Counted from the stretch's first letter, positions 14,472 to 29,118 are shown. The stretch: 64,000 nt of DNA from Octopus sinensis (GCF_006345805.1 NC_042997.1:89032001-89096000), one strand, 5' to 3'. The notes: generated from the letters alone by a model not told the origin. A program made the numbers and translations.

Positions 14472-14789
14472 TACATACATACATACATACATACATACAT
14501 ACATACATACATACATACATACACAAACGCTGCTCCTTTAAATGGAAATATTACTAGTCATTGTTGTTTGTGGCACGAAGCAAAGCAAACCTTGCCGTCA
14601 CTCAAGAAAACACATTGTAAATAATCCGCAAGGATTCACGCAAGCTGAGTCCTCAACTTTTATCTTTGTCAAAAAGTTTGCAAGTCACCAGCAGGCCCCA
14701 AGAGATACATTCGTGTCCATAGAAATATGATTATCACTTTATTTTACTAAACCGTCATTTGTCGTTCACGATGACGGACCCATCATGTG

Positions 14790-14826
<37 letters not shown>

Positions 14827-15151
14827 ATACTGTACATACATACATGTCCCGCGTAGCATAAAACCGCCCAACATTAACCTTGGTACCTGGGAACTCGGGA
14901 GGCAAAGAGACAACGGGTAACTCCAGAAACGGTCCCATAGCGATTAGAATTAAATGAACAAAACTAACAGGATTAAGTTGTATCTTAATCCAACATCCAC
15001 TCATGAAGCACCAATCATTAAGTGGCACATCTGAAATCGAGGTTTTGAGTCGAGACTGAAGTCCAAACTCACTTCGGGAGGTACTTTTCCATTGGAGCCT
15101 TTCATAGTCTCCAAGACTAGCGAATGCCACCTATAAACACATACATGCACT

Positions 15152-15203
<52 letters not shown>

Positions 15204-15269
15204 ACTGCGTGTGCGTATGTATGTGTATGTGTGTGCGTGTATGTGTACTTGGGTTTTTTTTTTAATTTT

Positions 15270-15565
15270 TACTTGTTTCAGTCATTAGACTGCAGCCATT
15301 CTGGGGCACCGCATTGAAGAATTTTAGTCGAATGAATGGACCCTAGTAGTTATTTTTATTAAGCATGGTACATATTCTGTCGGTCTCTCTTGCCGAACCG
15401 CTAGTTTGCGGGGATATGAACACACCAGCATCGATTGTCGAGGCTATAGCCTCGGTCGGTCCGAGCCTTTAGTAGAAGACACTTGGCCAAGATTCCACAG
15501 AATAGGACTGAACCCGGAACCATGTGGTTGAAAAGCAAGCTTCTTACCACATAGCCACACCAGCT
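15270..15565 (-). mobile_element. Family B SINE copy
   Basis: Reverse complement of the family B head (15445-15565) joined to the family B tail. Confidence 0.75.
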
Positions 15566-17067
15566 ATTGGAATTAGTAGTTGAAATTTTCAGTTTATGAC
15601 AAACTTCATAAGTTCAGAAAAGTGAAATCAGAAAAGGCAATTTGTGAAGTTTCAGCTTTCAATAAAGTAACGCTTGACTTTTGATACTGAGTGGTCTCTT
15701 TTCTCCTTGAGTTCACACTCAAGTGTTTATGTACATTCATTATATATATATATATATAATATATATATATATAATATATATATATATATATAATATATAT
15801 ATATATATAATATATATATATATATATAATTAAAAAGCAAGAGGATATCAAGAGGTGATGCAGTACGACCGTTTCAAACGGCTCCATTTAATTGAACAAT
15901 ACAATCATTACATCAGTTTAAATGCAGAACTATCCTCAGGTGCATAAATGAATAGAATTTTTAATCAGTTAGACACATTAATATAATTTTACTCAAATGC
16001 TCTGATAGAGCAAGAAGACGGACCGAGTCCATGTTGCCACTAATGTAGCTAAGAATATACTACACTTCTAAGAATTGTATGAAGTTTGTTGGGGTCATAG
16101 CTTGTAAAGGATTGTGGTTCATTTTTAATTTATTAGTTTTTTTTTTTTATCTACAACCAAATCTAAGACTAGAGGACTGTGCCTGTTTAGAATGGAAGGC
16201 AGGGGTGAGTTGACAGTACATAGCTGGGTATGGTCATAAATATTGTCAAGATTTTTCTAGGATTATAAAGTAACTGTCTATAAAGGAAGCTGGGTAGGGG
16301 GAAGATCTCAAATCAAGATGTTAATTACCAGGTAAAAGGAGCAAGAAGCTAATAAGACCTATGATTTTAATACAGAGGAAATTATCATGCGGTACTATAG
16401 GTGATTGTATATAAACAATGTTGTTATGTTGCATAAAGATAAAATTTAAGATTATTAAAAATGTTATTATAACCAAAATAGATAAAATGTGTATACATAC
16501 CAATTTTCAACATTAGAAAGGGAAAGTTACATAGAATTTGTTTAATATTCATTCATGTACTTATTTATTTACTTGTTAGGTGGTTTCTATAAAGACTGCT
16601 CCGGGTATTTACTTATGGAATACTGGGGCGATAAATCATGCTATCTATATATTAATTATTAGCTAAGAATCAGAAGAAAAAAAAACGGGGAAAAAAATAA
16701 GTTGTGTACAGATACATACACATATTTAACTATGTGCACACATGCAAATATACACAAATATTTATACTTTATTACGGATATGGTATAATCAACTCTCATA
16801 GACTTAAGTAATTAGAAAGTCTATATCTCTATTTAAGAACAGTAACAATATATAAGGGATAAGTGGTTAATAGGTAAAGATACCAAAATAAGAAAATATT
16901 TTAAAGAGACAGGGTATTAAAATTTGAGGTAGGGGAGAGATAAAGATAACCTTACAGAAGAAGCAATAGTAGTGAGGGCAATAGGAGGTATTCAGACCGA
17001 AGGGGTATTTAATAAGTTATAAAGTTACCTTTGCTAAAGTAACTTTATACCTTTATAGCAAAGGTAA

Positions 17068-17117
<50 letters not shown>

Positions 17118-17198
17118 TCACACGTGACCATCGTCCATCTCTTTTTTCCTCATATGGCCATCTTTCTTTTTCTGCATGGACCTTCAAAAGACTGGAGG

Positions 17199-17233
<35 letters not shown>

Positions 17234-17633
17234 CTTCTATCTTTTCTCTTATTAAAGAAAATATTTCTCCCAGCGTTCACTATTTTTCTCTCGTCTTGGT
17301 CTAACGACCCTCCATATTTGTTTTCGTTCGGTTTCCTTGTATATCTCCACTGTCCTGTTTTTGTTCCCAGCTTTGACCCTCCAGAAATCCTAAATTTTAT
17401 TTTAGAATTTATGGGAGCAACTGCCTTTGAAGACTCATATTGTCGTTGATTGCTCGAAAGGAGGAGTAGAAAGACAGCCGACAACTTATGAAGGGCCCTT
17501 TCTCTGTGTTTACTTGTCCTTTTTTTTCACATTTTTTCTCTCGTTGTTTACGTATTTCATGTTTGCACAGTGATGACGTCCTGTACCCATATATGCATGT
17601 ATATGTGCATACACACACCCACACACACACACC

Positions 17634-17687
<54 letters not shown>

Positions 17688-18127
17688 GTAATGCAATACT
17701 AGAGTATTGCTTTCCAGTAAAGAATAGCGCGTGAGGGAAAAAATATACAATTTATTGAAACTTCTTCACCGTTCTCGTGCTGTTAGCGTTTCGGCGTTTC
17801 AGTCGAGTGTAATGGCATTAATGTGGTAACATCTTAAATGTTGTCGTGGTATATGTTTGGCTGATAAAGATAGATCAAGTTTATGGGTGCAGACATATCT
17901 TGAAAAATCTGAAACCTGCGCAGGTCCCACATTATCCTTTTCCAGGTATTTCATCTTTCAGATGTTCTCCCTGGAGGTAAGACAATTTTTTCTAGTTTGT
18001 TGCACACACGCATTTTTGCTAGTACATACGCGGTGAAGCTATACATTAGCGTCGTATTATTACGTTCGCTATTTCCAGTAAATATCGGTACTTCGTTGTG
18101 CCATATATTTACTTCTTTGTGTGTGTA

Positions 18128-18170
<43 letters not shown>

Positions 18171-18370
18171 CATATATATATATATGTATGTATGTGTGTG
18201 TGTGCATACATGCATTTCCAGCCGATCTTTAATAAAGTAACATGGCTTCTTTGTTTAAGTCAAGACAACTCTTGTGACTTTTGGTTAACAGAATTCGTTG
18301 GTATATTCATATGTGTGTAGGTGTAGATGAAATAGTACTCTTATGTGCGTGTGTATTCCATATGAATATG

Positions 18371-19043
18371 CAGGGCCGGATTGGGACCTAGTGAAGCCCT
18401 TAAGCTAATAGGGTTTTGAAGGACCCTGCGATTTTGCGCATATAATTTTCAGCTGTTTAGGGAATTGATAATAAGAATGTGCATTGTAAAAATAAATATA
18501 ACGTTATAAATAATCTAAATACAAAGAACATTCATAATTTCATATCGATTTTGTATTTTCCTAAAATATTTTTGCATATTCCGTAAGTTTAATGACTGCC
18601 AACATTTTGATAGTTTCTGACCAGTTGATGTTGTCTTGTTCGTTTGTTTGGATAATGTGTTGATGTTGACTATCCTCGTTATATCAGAAGAAAACATATG
18701 ATGAAACTATTTTCTTAAAAAGCACTACTTGAAACAGAGCTAATTCAAAACATAAGATAATGAAGAGAGCCCCATTAAGTCTACGGACCAAAACAATTTG
18801 AAGAGAACTCAAAACTTAAAAAGGTTTCTGTAGATTTAAAGAAGGTTAGTTAAATTTAATGGATTTTTGAATCCAGAACACCCAGTAAATTAAAAATTTT
18901 TAAATACTTAACAAGTAAAAATTATTTATTTGATTACGCTAAATTCCTTTTTTTAATTTTTTAAACCCAAGTTTTAGGTTTCTATGAGTTGAAGGGGCCC
19001 CTAGGCCATTGCCTATATTGGCCCAAAGATAAATTCGGCCCTA
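18371..19043. mobile_element. hAT-type MITE
   Basis: TIRs CAGGGCCGGATT / AATTCGGCCCTA. The 8-bp flanks TGAATATG and TGTATATA match 6/8, consistent with a decayed hAT target-site duplication. Confidence 0.7.
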
Positions 19044-19271
19044 TGTATATATGACTGTGTGATAATTTTCAGCTCTGGAATGTTTTACAGATTTTCACTT
19101 AATTTGGAGAATGCGAATCAATTTTTGTTCTTTTTTGGAGAAAACCAGCGTTTCTGTTATATCGCAGATCTGTTGGTACGTAGCCCAGTGCACCTATGGT
19201 AATTTATACAAATGAAAAGCTATAGCCTGGATATAATAGCTGTGGTGCTTTTATTGTTAACCTTAGATGTT

Positions 19272-19390
19272 TTATTTTTCTTCCCTAATTTTTGATGAGA
19301 CATTCACATCCGCCAGGCTGCTGATCTTTACAACAGTGCAATATTTTTGCACCCTTTTCCATTCAACAATATCTGGCCTATTGTCTGTAT
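19272..19390 (-). mobile_element. Small RLE-domain fragment of an R2/R4-type LINE
   Basis: Translation DNRPDIVEWKRVQKYCTVVKISSLADVNVSSKIREEK resembles the RPD...E(I/V)SCP.D.N...K..EK RLE motif. Confidence 0.55.
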
Positions 19391-19651
19391 ATGTATGTGT
19401 GTATGAATGTATGATTATCAATTCAAAAAACCGGTGGCGTGTAAAAAAAAAGCGTAACTTAGGCATTTGATGAATATAGATCGATGAACTAAGTACGTGT
19501 CTGAAACGTGTATTTGAATCGATATGATCGATTAAAGGCGTTGCCCCCTTCATGGCCAGAGTCCAGTGACCGAAGCAAATAAAATAATAAGATAATTTAG
19601 TATGCGTGTGCGCGCGCATTTGTAAGAGAGTGGTTGTGAATGGTTGTATGT

Positions 19652-19694
<43 letters not shown>

Positions 19695-19902
19695 TATACA
19701 CACATACATGCTTTGGACTGTGTATGAATGTATGTTTTGTCTATGTGTACGGTATGAGTGCACCGTCAGTTCATTAATTAAACATGGCTTTTCTCACCTT
19801 TCAAAAGTAACCAGTCTGGTATTGTGCCATTGTCAAACATATATTTGCGGTGTGTTTGCATACATGCATATGTATGTTCATATACATGAATGCGCGTATG
19901 TG

Positions 19903-19975
<73 letters not shown>

Positions 19976-20237
19976 TCTTTCTCAATGAACTCATAGAGTA
20001 AACAGATTCTGACCGGATATCAACCGTAAATTCATGCCTTTCACATGAAAATTATACAAAAAAGCTTCACTGTCAGGTGTCACCTACCACACCTTCGTAG
20101 GATCCGTGTTTTAATTGTTGGTAACCTATCCCTCTTGTGGATAGACAAACGATTAAACGAATGAGTGAAAATGAATGACTGAATAAACATGTGATGTTTA
20201 ATGGTGAACGTTGGCCATTTACCGTTTCATCAATCAT

Positions 20238-20594
20238 TCAATAAGCAAGAGCGAAATTAATACATGTGAGACAAGTTAACCTAACTCGCAAAATCTTCTT
20301 ACCAAAATGTCGGCAATTCCGAAATGTGACAGAAATTCGTGTCGTCTTGAGTGTTACAGAGTGACCAAAATAATACCTGTATTTCAAAGCGCCAGCCTTA
20401 TCACTTTCTGTTTCACGTTGAATTTCCCTGAGAACTACGTTATGAGTACGCGGGTTTGAGAAGTTTTCAACCACTTCAACGTTAATTTCATAAGCAGTTG
20501 TTCCGTTGATCGGATCAACTAGAACTCTCATCGTCGTAAACGACGGAGTGTCATTTAGTATTGCCATTACCACCGAGGTTAATAAAACAAGCTC
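20238..20594 (-). CDS. Unidentified open frame / candidate coding exon
   Basis: About 119 stop-free codons in non-repetitive, CpG-retaining sequence, with a GTAAGA donor after 20303. No convincing acceptor, and no recognised homology. Confidence 0.3.
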   Translation of the reverse strand, partial: ELVLLTSVVMAILNDTPSFTTMRVLVDPINGTTAYEINVEVVENFSNPRTHNVVLREIQRETESDKAGALKYRYYFGHSVTLKTTRISVTFRNCRHFGKKILRVRLTCLTCINFALAY

Positions 20595-21519
20595 TTATCA
20601 AGCACTGGGGTCGGTATAATCAACTAGCCTCCTCCTAACACATTCAGACCTTGTTACTATAGTAGAAGGGAAAAAATCGTCACTGGGTTACTATTTAACT
20701 AAATATAGAACTGGTTCTGTAGATATCACAAATATATTAAGTCTCTTTTCTTTCTGTAAAGGTCATAATCAGCGCTCCCGATTCTTTTATTTTATTGTAT
20801 TTTTAATTAATATTTGTAAGGTAGTTTTGTCTTTTTTTTTCTGGTTATTATACAACTTGTCATCTGCATGGAGTTTGGTTCTTGATGGATTTATCCTCTT
20901 CTGATAAATTCCTACTTTCAACCGTCTTCATTTTTGATTCTCGTTTAACGAGCCTATCACGAAAATAACTCCAATCTTTTAGTCAAAATACTTAATTACC
21001 AGAATTTCTGTCTTCGCCCACAAAAGGATATTCTTCGCAGACCTTGGAATCGCATCTCCTTATCGCAGAATAAATACATACGCACAGGCATACATATATA
21101 TATATGTTTGTGTGCCGGAGTTTTCCCCCACCACCGCTTGACAACCGATGCTGGTGTGTTTATGTCCCGTAACTTCGCGGTTCAGCAAACGACACCGATA
21201 GAATAAGTACTAGACTTACATTCTCCTAGAAGGATGCCCTAACAAAGGATAGGAGTCCTTTACTCCCAATGGTTTAACCGCGCGATCGGGTATTCAGTCC
21301 GATTATTTCTATGTCCCCGCGTATGATACAGCCCTAAGACATTTATTGGATGGCCGTTGACTCTCAAGAGTTCCTCCGCCTTTGACGGGTTTTGTTTTTC
21401 ATCCCGCAGGGTGTCCAATAAACACCCTCCTCACCAAGCAAACTTGGTGGGGTTGCCGGTTTAGTCGCCGACGACCCGATTATGCAACAGGTTGATCAAG
21501 GTACACAACGTTCCTGATC

Positions 21520-22700
21520 ACGTCTCCGCTGTGTTTCTTTTCTCTATGATTCATTATTGCTGACTCCAAAATCTTTCGAGAAGAGTTCTTGGGTTATAGT
21601 GAGCCAGTGATGGCACACGTCTTGATCGTTGAAATGTAATACTTTATAAAGTCTAACCGAAGTTTGGATTAATATTCTGTGCTTTTTATTCTGTTTAAAA
21701 TATGATTGCATTTCTTTCTCTATCCATAGTTGATCTGGATATTTCCGGTGTATATGACATAGGAGTTTTATTAGAGCTTTTCTTCTTGTTTATGGATGTA
21801 AATTACTTTTTGAATAGAGAAGTGGATGGCTGGCTCAACCTCGTTCATGACATATGAGTCCTTTCTCAGTTGAGAGAATCTCCTATTTGCAGCAGATACA
21901 CTCCACTTCGTATTTTGTCTTTATGTAATTTACTTTTTGTTTTTGTTTTGAAGTTTCTTATCCGCATCGGCCTCTACCTGGTCCCTAGCATCCTAAGTCG
22001 GTGGGGTGTTATTGCTATAAATGGATACTACCTGCTTGTTGTTGTTACCGTGGATGATTCTCGTGGTTTGGAGCGTCGTGATTTGCTCCAGGTAATAAAA
22101 ACGGAGCAATTTTATTTGCTGACCCACGAGTTATGCCTGGTGCTTCCTTAGGACCGGCAATGATTTGTTGTTTTTACTTTTGTTCTTTTAGAATTCCTTG
22201 TTTTTTTCCCCCTACATGTATCGCATCTTAGTCGTCTACCTTAGATGCTGAGCTTAAAGGTCTTCTTCTCAGTACCCTCTACAGGTCACAGCTCCGATAT
22301 TGTTTTGATGTCGCGAGGACTTGTGTATGCATGAGAGTTCCACTAGGTTATCGTTAGAAGTTATATTTGTACTAACAACCTATCCATATTGTACAGCGAA
22401 TGTGACTCCTAACCAGGGGTCAGCATTATCACCGATATCCCTGTCGATGATCCTTATGTTTCTTTTCCACTTGAGTTACAAAGCTAGTTGGCGGGCGAGT
22501 GTGTCGCTTGCGCTTTCGTCCCATCCTTTGTTCAAAAAAATTATACAAATAATGTCATATGTTCTCTCACTCTCAATGAAGGATGTTTCACTTGAAATAT
22601 CTACCAGGGCTTATTCCAGTTCATACTTGGTTGGAACAAGAAAGCCTACTATATTATTGAGAAGGTAGAGGTTTGCCACTTTTCTGCTCTCGCAGTCATC
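21520..22700 (-). mobile_element. Highly degenerate RTE-clade LINE RT fragment
   Basis: Stop-riddled minus frames align loosely with RTE-type RT blocks (around the D..KAFD, GV.QGD and F.DD regions and the thumb). No clean motif survives. Confidence 0.45.
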
Positions 22701-23048
22701 TGTGATTGACAGTAGAAAGCTGGCGCCAGTTCGCTGGACTAAATGTGCCAAACTTTCAGTCTTTCAGCAAAATACTCTATATTGAACGGTTGCTATTTTT
22801 CTTTTCTATTTTTTATTTTTACGTGAAAGATCGCTTGCAATGAACAGCTTTTCACATTTTGTTGTTATTGTTAACATGATTTCTACATGGTATCGTTAAA
22901 ATATCCGTTTTCTTTTAGTTTGTGGTTACTATTAATACTAAGCATTGCAATTAAAATAACATTTTGTCATTTTTCCTGTGTAAAATGTATTATTTTGCAC
23001 ATTTTCAGTTTTCATTTGGTATACTTTCCTACGTAACATATACTGTAT

Positions 23049-23246
<198 letters not shown>

Positions 23247-23409
23247 CACTAGCCACTAAAACTTTTTCTATTTTCTCTCCTTGTTTATTTCTGTGTTCCT
23301 TTCTGTCGAAGAGCGTAGACTCGAAAAGTAAGAGACTTTCTCACTTCCCTAGCGTTACACTAATACATCCGTCTTCGTCTTTTATTGCTTTTTTTTTTTG
23401 TAAACTTTC

Positions 23410-23986
<577 letters not shown>

Positions 23987-24294
23987 ATTTATTCAAACCT
24001 ATCGCTTCCGTATCTCACTACAATACGCAGTGATTGGGAAAAACAGAAACAATTGCTGTGAAAATGTGAAAGGCGGAAGCGTCACGGAGAGAATACGTAT
24101 GAATTAATAAACTGCAACATACAGATTGTGAAATTTTTCTCACATTTGTAAATTCAAACGTATATATCAATTCTTCATTTACCTATTCATTTTCCATGCC
24201 TACGTGGGTTGAACGAATACACATTATTGAGATATTGTTTTGCAAAGGGGTGACCTTACGGTCGCTAACCCTCAATTGTTTTTCAAATAAGGCA

Positions 24295-24352
<58 letters not shown>

Positions 24353-24353
<1 letters not shown>

Positions 24354-25801
24354 TATGTTTGACTTTTGCTTTATATTTGTACAAGTTGGCTCCAAGTCTC
24401 ACCCAGAGACCTCAAGAGACAACAGGGTTGGAAGTTCATGTTGTTGGTATGCCTATTGTGCCATATATTTGGGGGGGTGTTGTACTAATGAATGTCTAAA
24501 AAACGTTTTTTTTTTTTGTTAAACCGAAAATTATGTTTGTTTTAAACCTCGACATTACATAGAAAGTATTTTGCGTAGGATATGAGCAGTTTCCATGAGC
24601 ACTATCTTTTGAATTTCTGCCATTTTGGGGTTTCCTGGTATCTGAGTTAGGTAGCTATCAGCCCCTTTTGCTATCATTCCCAGGGCACCTATGACAACAG
24701 GTATTGTTTTAGTCTTCAGCTTCCACATTTTGCTGATTTCTATTTCAAGATCTTTATATTTGCTCAGTTTTTTGTAGGTCTTGACAGATACGTTTATATC
24801 GATTGGGACAGTCATATCAATGAGGAGGCATGTTCTTTGTTTGAAGTCTTTCAATATGATGTCTGGCCTATTTGCATCTATCTTTCTGTCAGTTTGAATG
24901 GTGAAGTTCCAGAGGAGTGAGATGTGGTCATTTTCAAGCACTGGGGGTGGTTGTGTTCCCACCAGTTTTTTCATGGGGCAAATCCAGGTTTTTGCAGATT
25001 ACCCAGTGAATATATTGTGCAGCTCTATCGTGCCTGTTGAGATACTCTGTAGGCGTTAGAAGACTGCACTTGGAGACCACATGGTCAATGGTTTCATTTT
25101 GTTGCTTGCATACACGACACGTTGGACTGCTTCTGATCTTTAATATGTTGGCCTGGTAGTTTCTTGTTGGTAGGCATTGATCTTGAGCTGCTATGATAAA
25201 CCCCTCTGTTTCAGATTTCAAGCCAGAGGCCATTAGCCATTGATGGGTCAGGGCTTTGTCAACATCTGCATTATTAGCTCTCTTTGGGTATTGCCATAGA
25301 GAGGTTTTTTCTTGCCATTTATCATTCAGATATCTAAGGCCGCAGATTTAGCAGGGGTTTTCATACGCTTAGCTTTTTCTGTGCCTGTTTCTTGTATGTC
25401 TATCTCTAATTCCGAAATTTGTTGTATTCGGAATTCACTACGATATTCCTTTGCCTGTTTTGTTACTGAGTATGATGCTTTCTTGTTTTCATGTTTTGAG
25501 ATAAGTTTTAACATCCAGTCCTCAGAGTTTTTCAGGTAGGTGTCTAGGCCAATTGTAGCAATCTTCATTGTTATTGCCAGTTGTAAAAGTCCACGGCCTC
25601 CCTCTTTTCTTGGCAGATAAAGTCGTTCTGTATCTGCCTTAGGGTGGTGCATTCTATGCATTGTCAACAGTTTTCGTATTTTTCTGTCAAGATTACATAT
25701 TTCAGTAATTGACCAGTTAATGATATTGAAACTGTAAGTCACGACTGGTATGGCTAATGCATTGATCGCTTCGATCCTGTTTCTCGATCCAGTTTCTCGC
25801 A
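24353..25801 (-). mobile_element. R4/Dong-clade (RLE-type) non-LTR retrotransposon, 3' portion, 5'-truncated and frameshifted
   Basis: ORFs 25326-25943, 24934-25233 and 24555-24974 encode the RT thumb (ERLYLPRKEGGRGL), LKSETEGFIIAAQDQ, a CCHC knuckle (CRVCKQQNETIDHVVSKC), RHD, and a restriction-like endonuclease (RPDII...IDMTVP...KLSKYKDL). Confidence 0.93.
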
Positions 25802-25845
25802 TATTATTATTATTATTATTATTATCATTATTATTATTATTATTA

Positions 25846-26405
25846 ATGAGTGAGAGAGCAGTGCTTGCTATCAAAGTGACACTGGGGTAAAATATACAAA
25901 CCCCAGTATACCCATCATGACTACCCGTCTGATAAGGGTACACTAGGAAAATGGATCACAACCATATGTGTGCGACATGGAGATCTCATATCAAGATAAA
26001 CAGCGCATGGCCTTGCAGGTGGGACCCAGTTAGAATTTTCTTCTGGTCGAGTAACCCATCTCGCTTAAAAGGTCCCTGAATAAGGGTTGTTTAAAGATGT
26101 TGAATGGAACATCCATATTTCCAGAGGTGAATTATTAAAACCCCAAAGAACCCCTCTCAACACGTGGCTATGATACTTCCCCACTACTTCTGCTTGTGAT
26201 CAGAGATGCACATATCGTCAGCCACTAAGGGACATGCTAAACTGATTAAGGTCAAACAACTGACAAGCAAATCTGTGGTATTGAGAAGAATATTTGCTAT
26301 AGCCCATCTTTTATACCAAGACAAAACAATGTATATGATAACACTTCCAATCAGTTACGATCAGAAGCCACGAGAGCCACTGCCTGGTACTGCATCAGGG
26401 CATTT
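25846..26405 (-). mobile_element. Non-coding interspersed repeat ending in (TAA)n on the minus strand, probably a LINE/SINE 3' region
   Basis: Complex non-coding block abutting the TAA tract at 25802-25845. I recall it as a common cephalopod repeat but cannot verify the family here. Confidence 0.4.
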
Positions 26406-26798
26406 ATTTATTTTTTTTTTTCGAGACATCTTCGAAAAACACAAAATTTGTGACGGTTTTTTTTTTTTGACAGGATTGTCAACAAACACCTTCGATCAAC
26501 GCTTTTTACATGCGAAGCGGAGAATGTAAACGTACACGCATGTGCACGCGCGCACACGCGCACACACACACTCGCAAACACACACATACACACACACTCG
26601 TACGCACACACATATACACACACTCACACACAAACATACACAGAGTGAGCGGCCTAAAATCAAGCAGATATTGAAAAAAGTTGATATTTTGTAATATTCT
26701 TTGTAATTTCTTTTATTTGGGTTTTTCTGAAATTTATGACTGGAAAATTACAGAGAAAATCAACATCCAAAGCGATTTCAATGTACGAAGAACGCTTT

Positions 26799-26913
26799 CT
26801 CAATGGATCTTCTTTGTTTTAATAAAATGTTTGAAGCCAACGGATTCTGTAAGCAAGGCATCGTCGAGATAAATTTTTGGAGACGGCATATTTTCCAAGA
26901 TTCCAGAAATCAT
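26799..26913 (-). mobile_element. Possible Ty3/Gypsy RT relic
   Basis: A short frame MISGILENMPSPKIYLDDALLTES contains YLDD in a Gypsy-like context, with no other supporting motif. Confidence 0.25.
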
Positions 26914-27037
26914 TTAGCTTGCATGCTCTCTAGCTCTGGATATGTCACATTCTTTTTCTTGTGAGGATATTCACAAGAAATGTAAATGTCATTAATCTAG
27001 GAAGCATATAGTATCTCACAGAAAACATTTCAGTATA

Positions 27038-27950
27038 CGAGTAGGTATCAAAAATTACCCGGACAAATTAAGTTTAATAAAAAGAAATAACTTATTTATT
27101 TAAATTTTAACATCATCTCCTTCGAAATAGTTACCTTGCACAGCAATACACTGTTCCCACAGTTCCTGCTGCTTTTGGAATCCGGCCTCGGAGCCGTTTA
27201 CCGTAAGCGAGTCGAGGACCTTCTGTGATTTTCTCTTGATCTCAGCAACGGTATTTATAACGGTGGCCTTTAAGCAGCATTTTCATATTGGGGAAGTCCT
27301 CAGGTGCTAAATCTGGCGAATAAGGTGGGTGCGGAAGCGATACCATGTTGTTCTTGGCGAGAAACTAACGTGTCAGGAAATCTCGGTTCTTGGCGAGAAA
27401 CTAACGTGTCAGGAAATCTCGGTGTATTGTTGTGAAGAATCCAATTTTTCGCGCCCCACACGACCGGTAGCTTTCGCCGAATGTTTTCCCGTCGAGGTAG
27501 AACTCTTGATTTATGGCCTGGCCCTGGGGAACAAATTCTCGATGCACAATACGGCGGATGTCGAAAAAAAAAACGATGAACATGCTCTTGATTTAGCTGC
27601 GGCTCTATCGTGCTTTTTTAAGCGCTCGTGTCATTCGAAACATTGCGTAATGACCCATTACTTTGCCGTAAGCTTGTCAGAGTAAGCACAATGTCTCTGT
27701 AGCAGACTTCCTACGTTTAACGCAAAATTTCACGTTGGCTCTTTGTTCCTGTCCATAACAAAATAGCAAACTACGGCATACACGTGATCACAAAAACACA
27801 AATTTCACAACTTGCAAAATAAACACAGAGATGTCATTCGGCACACAGCCTCATGGAGGGCACTGCTAGCTCTCACTCTACACGCAACTATATACTGCAA
27901 TCTGTTGGCGCGCTACAGGACTAGTCCAGGAACTTTTTGATACCACTTCG
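27038..27950 (-). mobile_element. Internally deleted mariner element with both TIRs and TA target duplication
   Basis: TIRs CGAGTAGGTATCAAAAATTACCCGGAC and CGAAGTGGTATCAAAAAGTTCCTGGAC (reverse complement), with TA at both ends. Coding remnants FFDIRRIVHREFVPQGQAINQEFY and FLAKNNMVSLPHPPYSPDLAP. Internal tandem duplication of about 33 bp at 27351-27422. Confidence 0.9.
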
Positions 27951-28285
27951 TATGTGTGTGTATATGCGTGTAAGTACGCATGTTTGTATGTATGCATACA
28001 TGTGTGTGTGTATGTATGTATGTATGTATGTATGTATGTATGTATGTATGTATGTATGTATGTATGTATGTGTGTGTGTTTGCATGTATCTATGTGTAAG
28101 TAGGTGTGTACGTATATGTGTGTTGTGAATGGGTGTGCATATTTGTGTATATATACGGAAGAGAAGAACACACAATATATGTTGCAGAGTTTATATTTAT
28201 TGGTCAAACAGTTACATATATGTATATATACGTACATACATACATACAACACACACGCACATATACACACATACAACACACACAC

Positions 28286-28345
<60 letters not shown>

Positions 28346-28577
28346 GTGGTATTAGCATATCTGTTTTGTATAGAATATTCGCGATTTCTCAAATCCGTAC
28401 CATCAATATCGCTTAGACATTAGTCATAAATCCCTTTAATTCATTTAAATTATTTTGATGAGCACCTAAAATGGATGAATTAAGATGTGCTTCTGTGGAG
28501 CACGAATAAGTCTTTACTTGTATTATATACGTGTGCGCGCATATGTATGCATACTCAAACAGTTGTATACGTGTCTG

Positions 28578-28631
<54 letters not shown>

Positions 28632-28726
28632 CGAAGAACACCAGTGTGATAAAGTATCATCAGCTTAATTATAAGTAGATCGTATCTTGTGACCAGTGTT
28701 ATTTTGCCAAAGACGACAACGATAAC

Positions 28727-28757
<31 letters not shown>

Positions 28758-28799
28758 GTATATGTGTGTGTATACACATATATATGTATATGCATGTAC

Positions 28800-28840
<41 letters not shown>

Positions 28841-29046
28841 AGTATGTATGTGTGTATGAATATATACATTTGTATGCATGTATATATGTATGTTTACATA
28901 TATCTGTATATATGTGTATATACATATATGTGTGTGTATATATATATATACATATATATATACATATATATGTGTATATGTATATATATATATATATATG
29001 TAAATATATACGTATGCAAGTGTGTATGTATATATATACATATATA

Positions 29047-29118
<72 letters not shown>

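Noticed and set aside
27351-27422. Direct repeat that superficially resembles a CRISPR repeat
   Set aside because: It has only two adjacent copies with no spacer, lies inside a mariner relic, and the context is eukaryotic.
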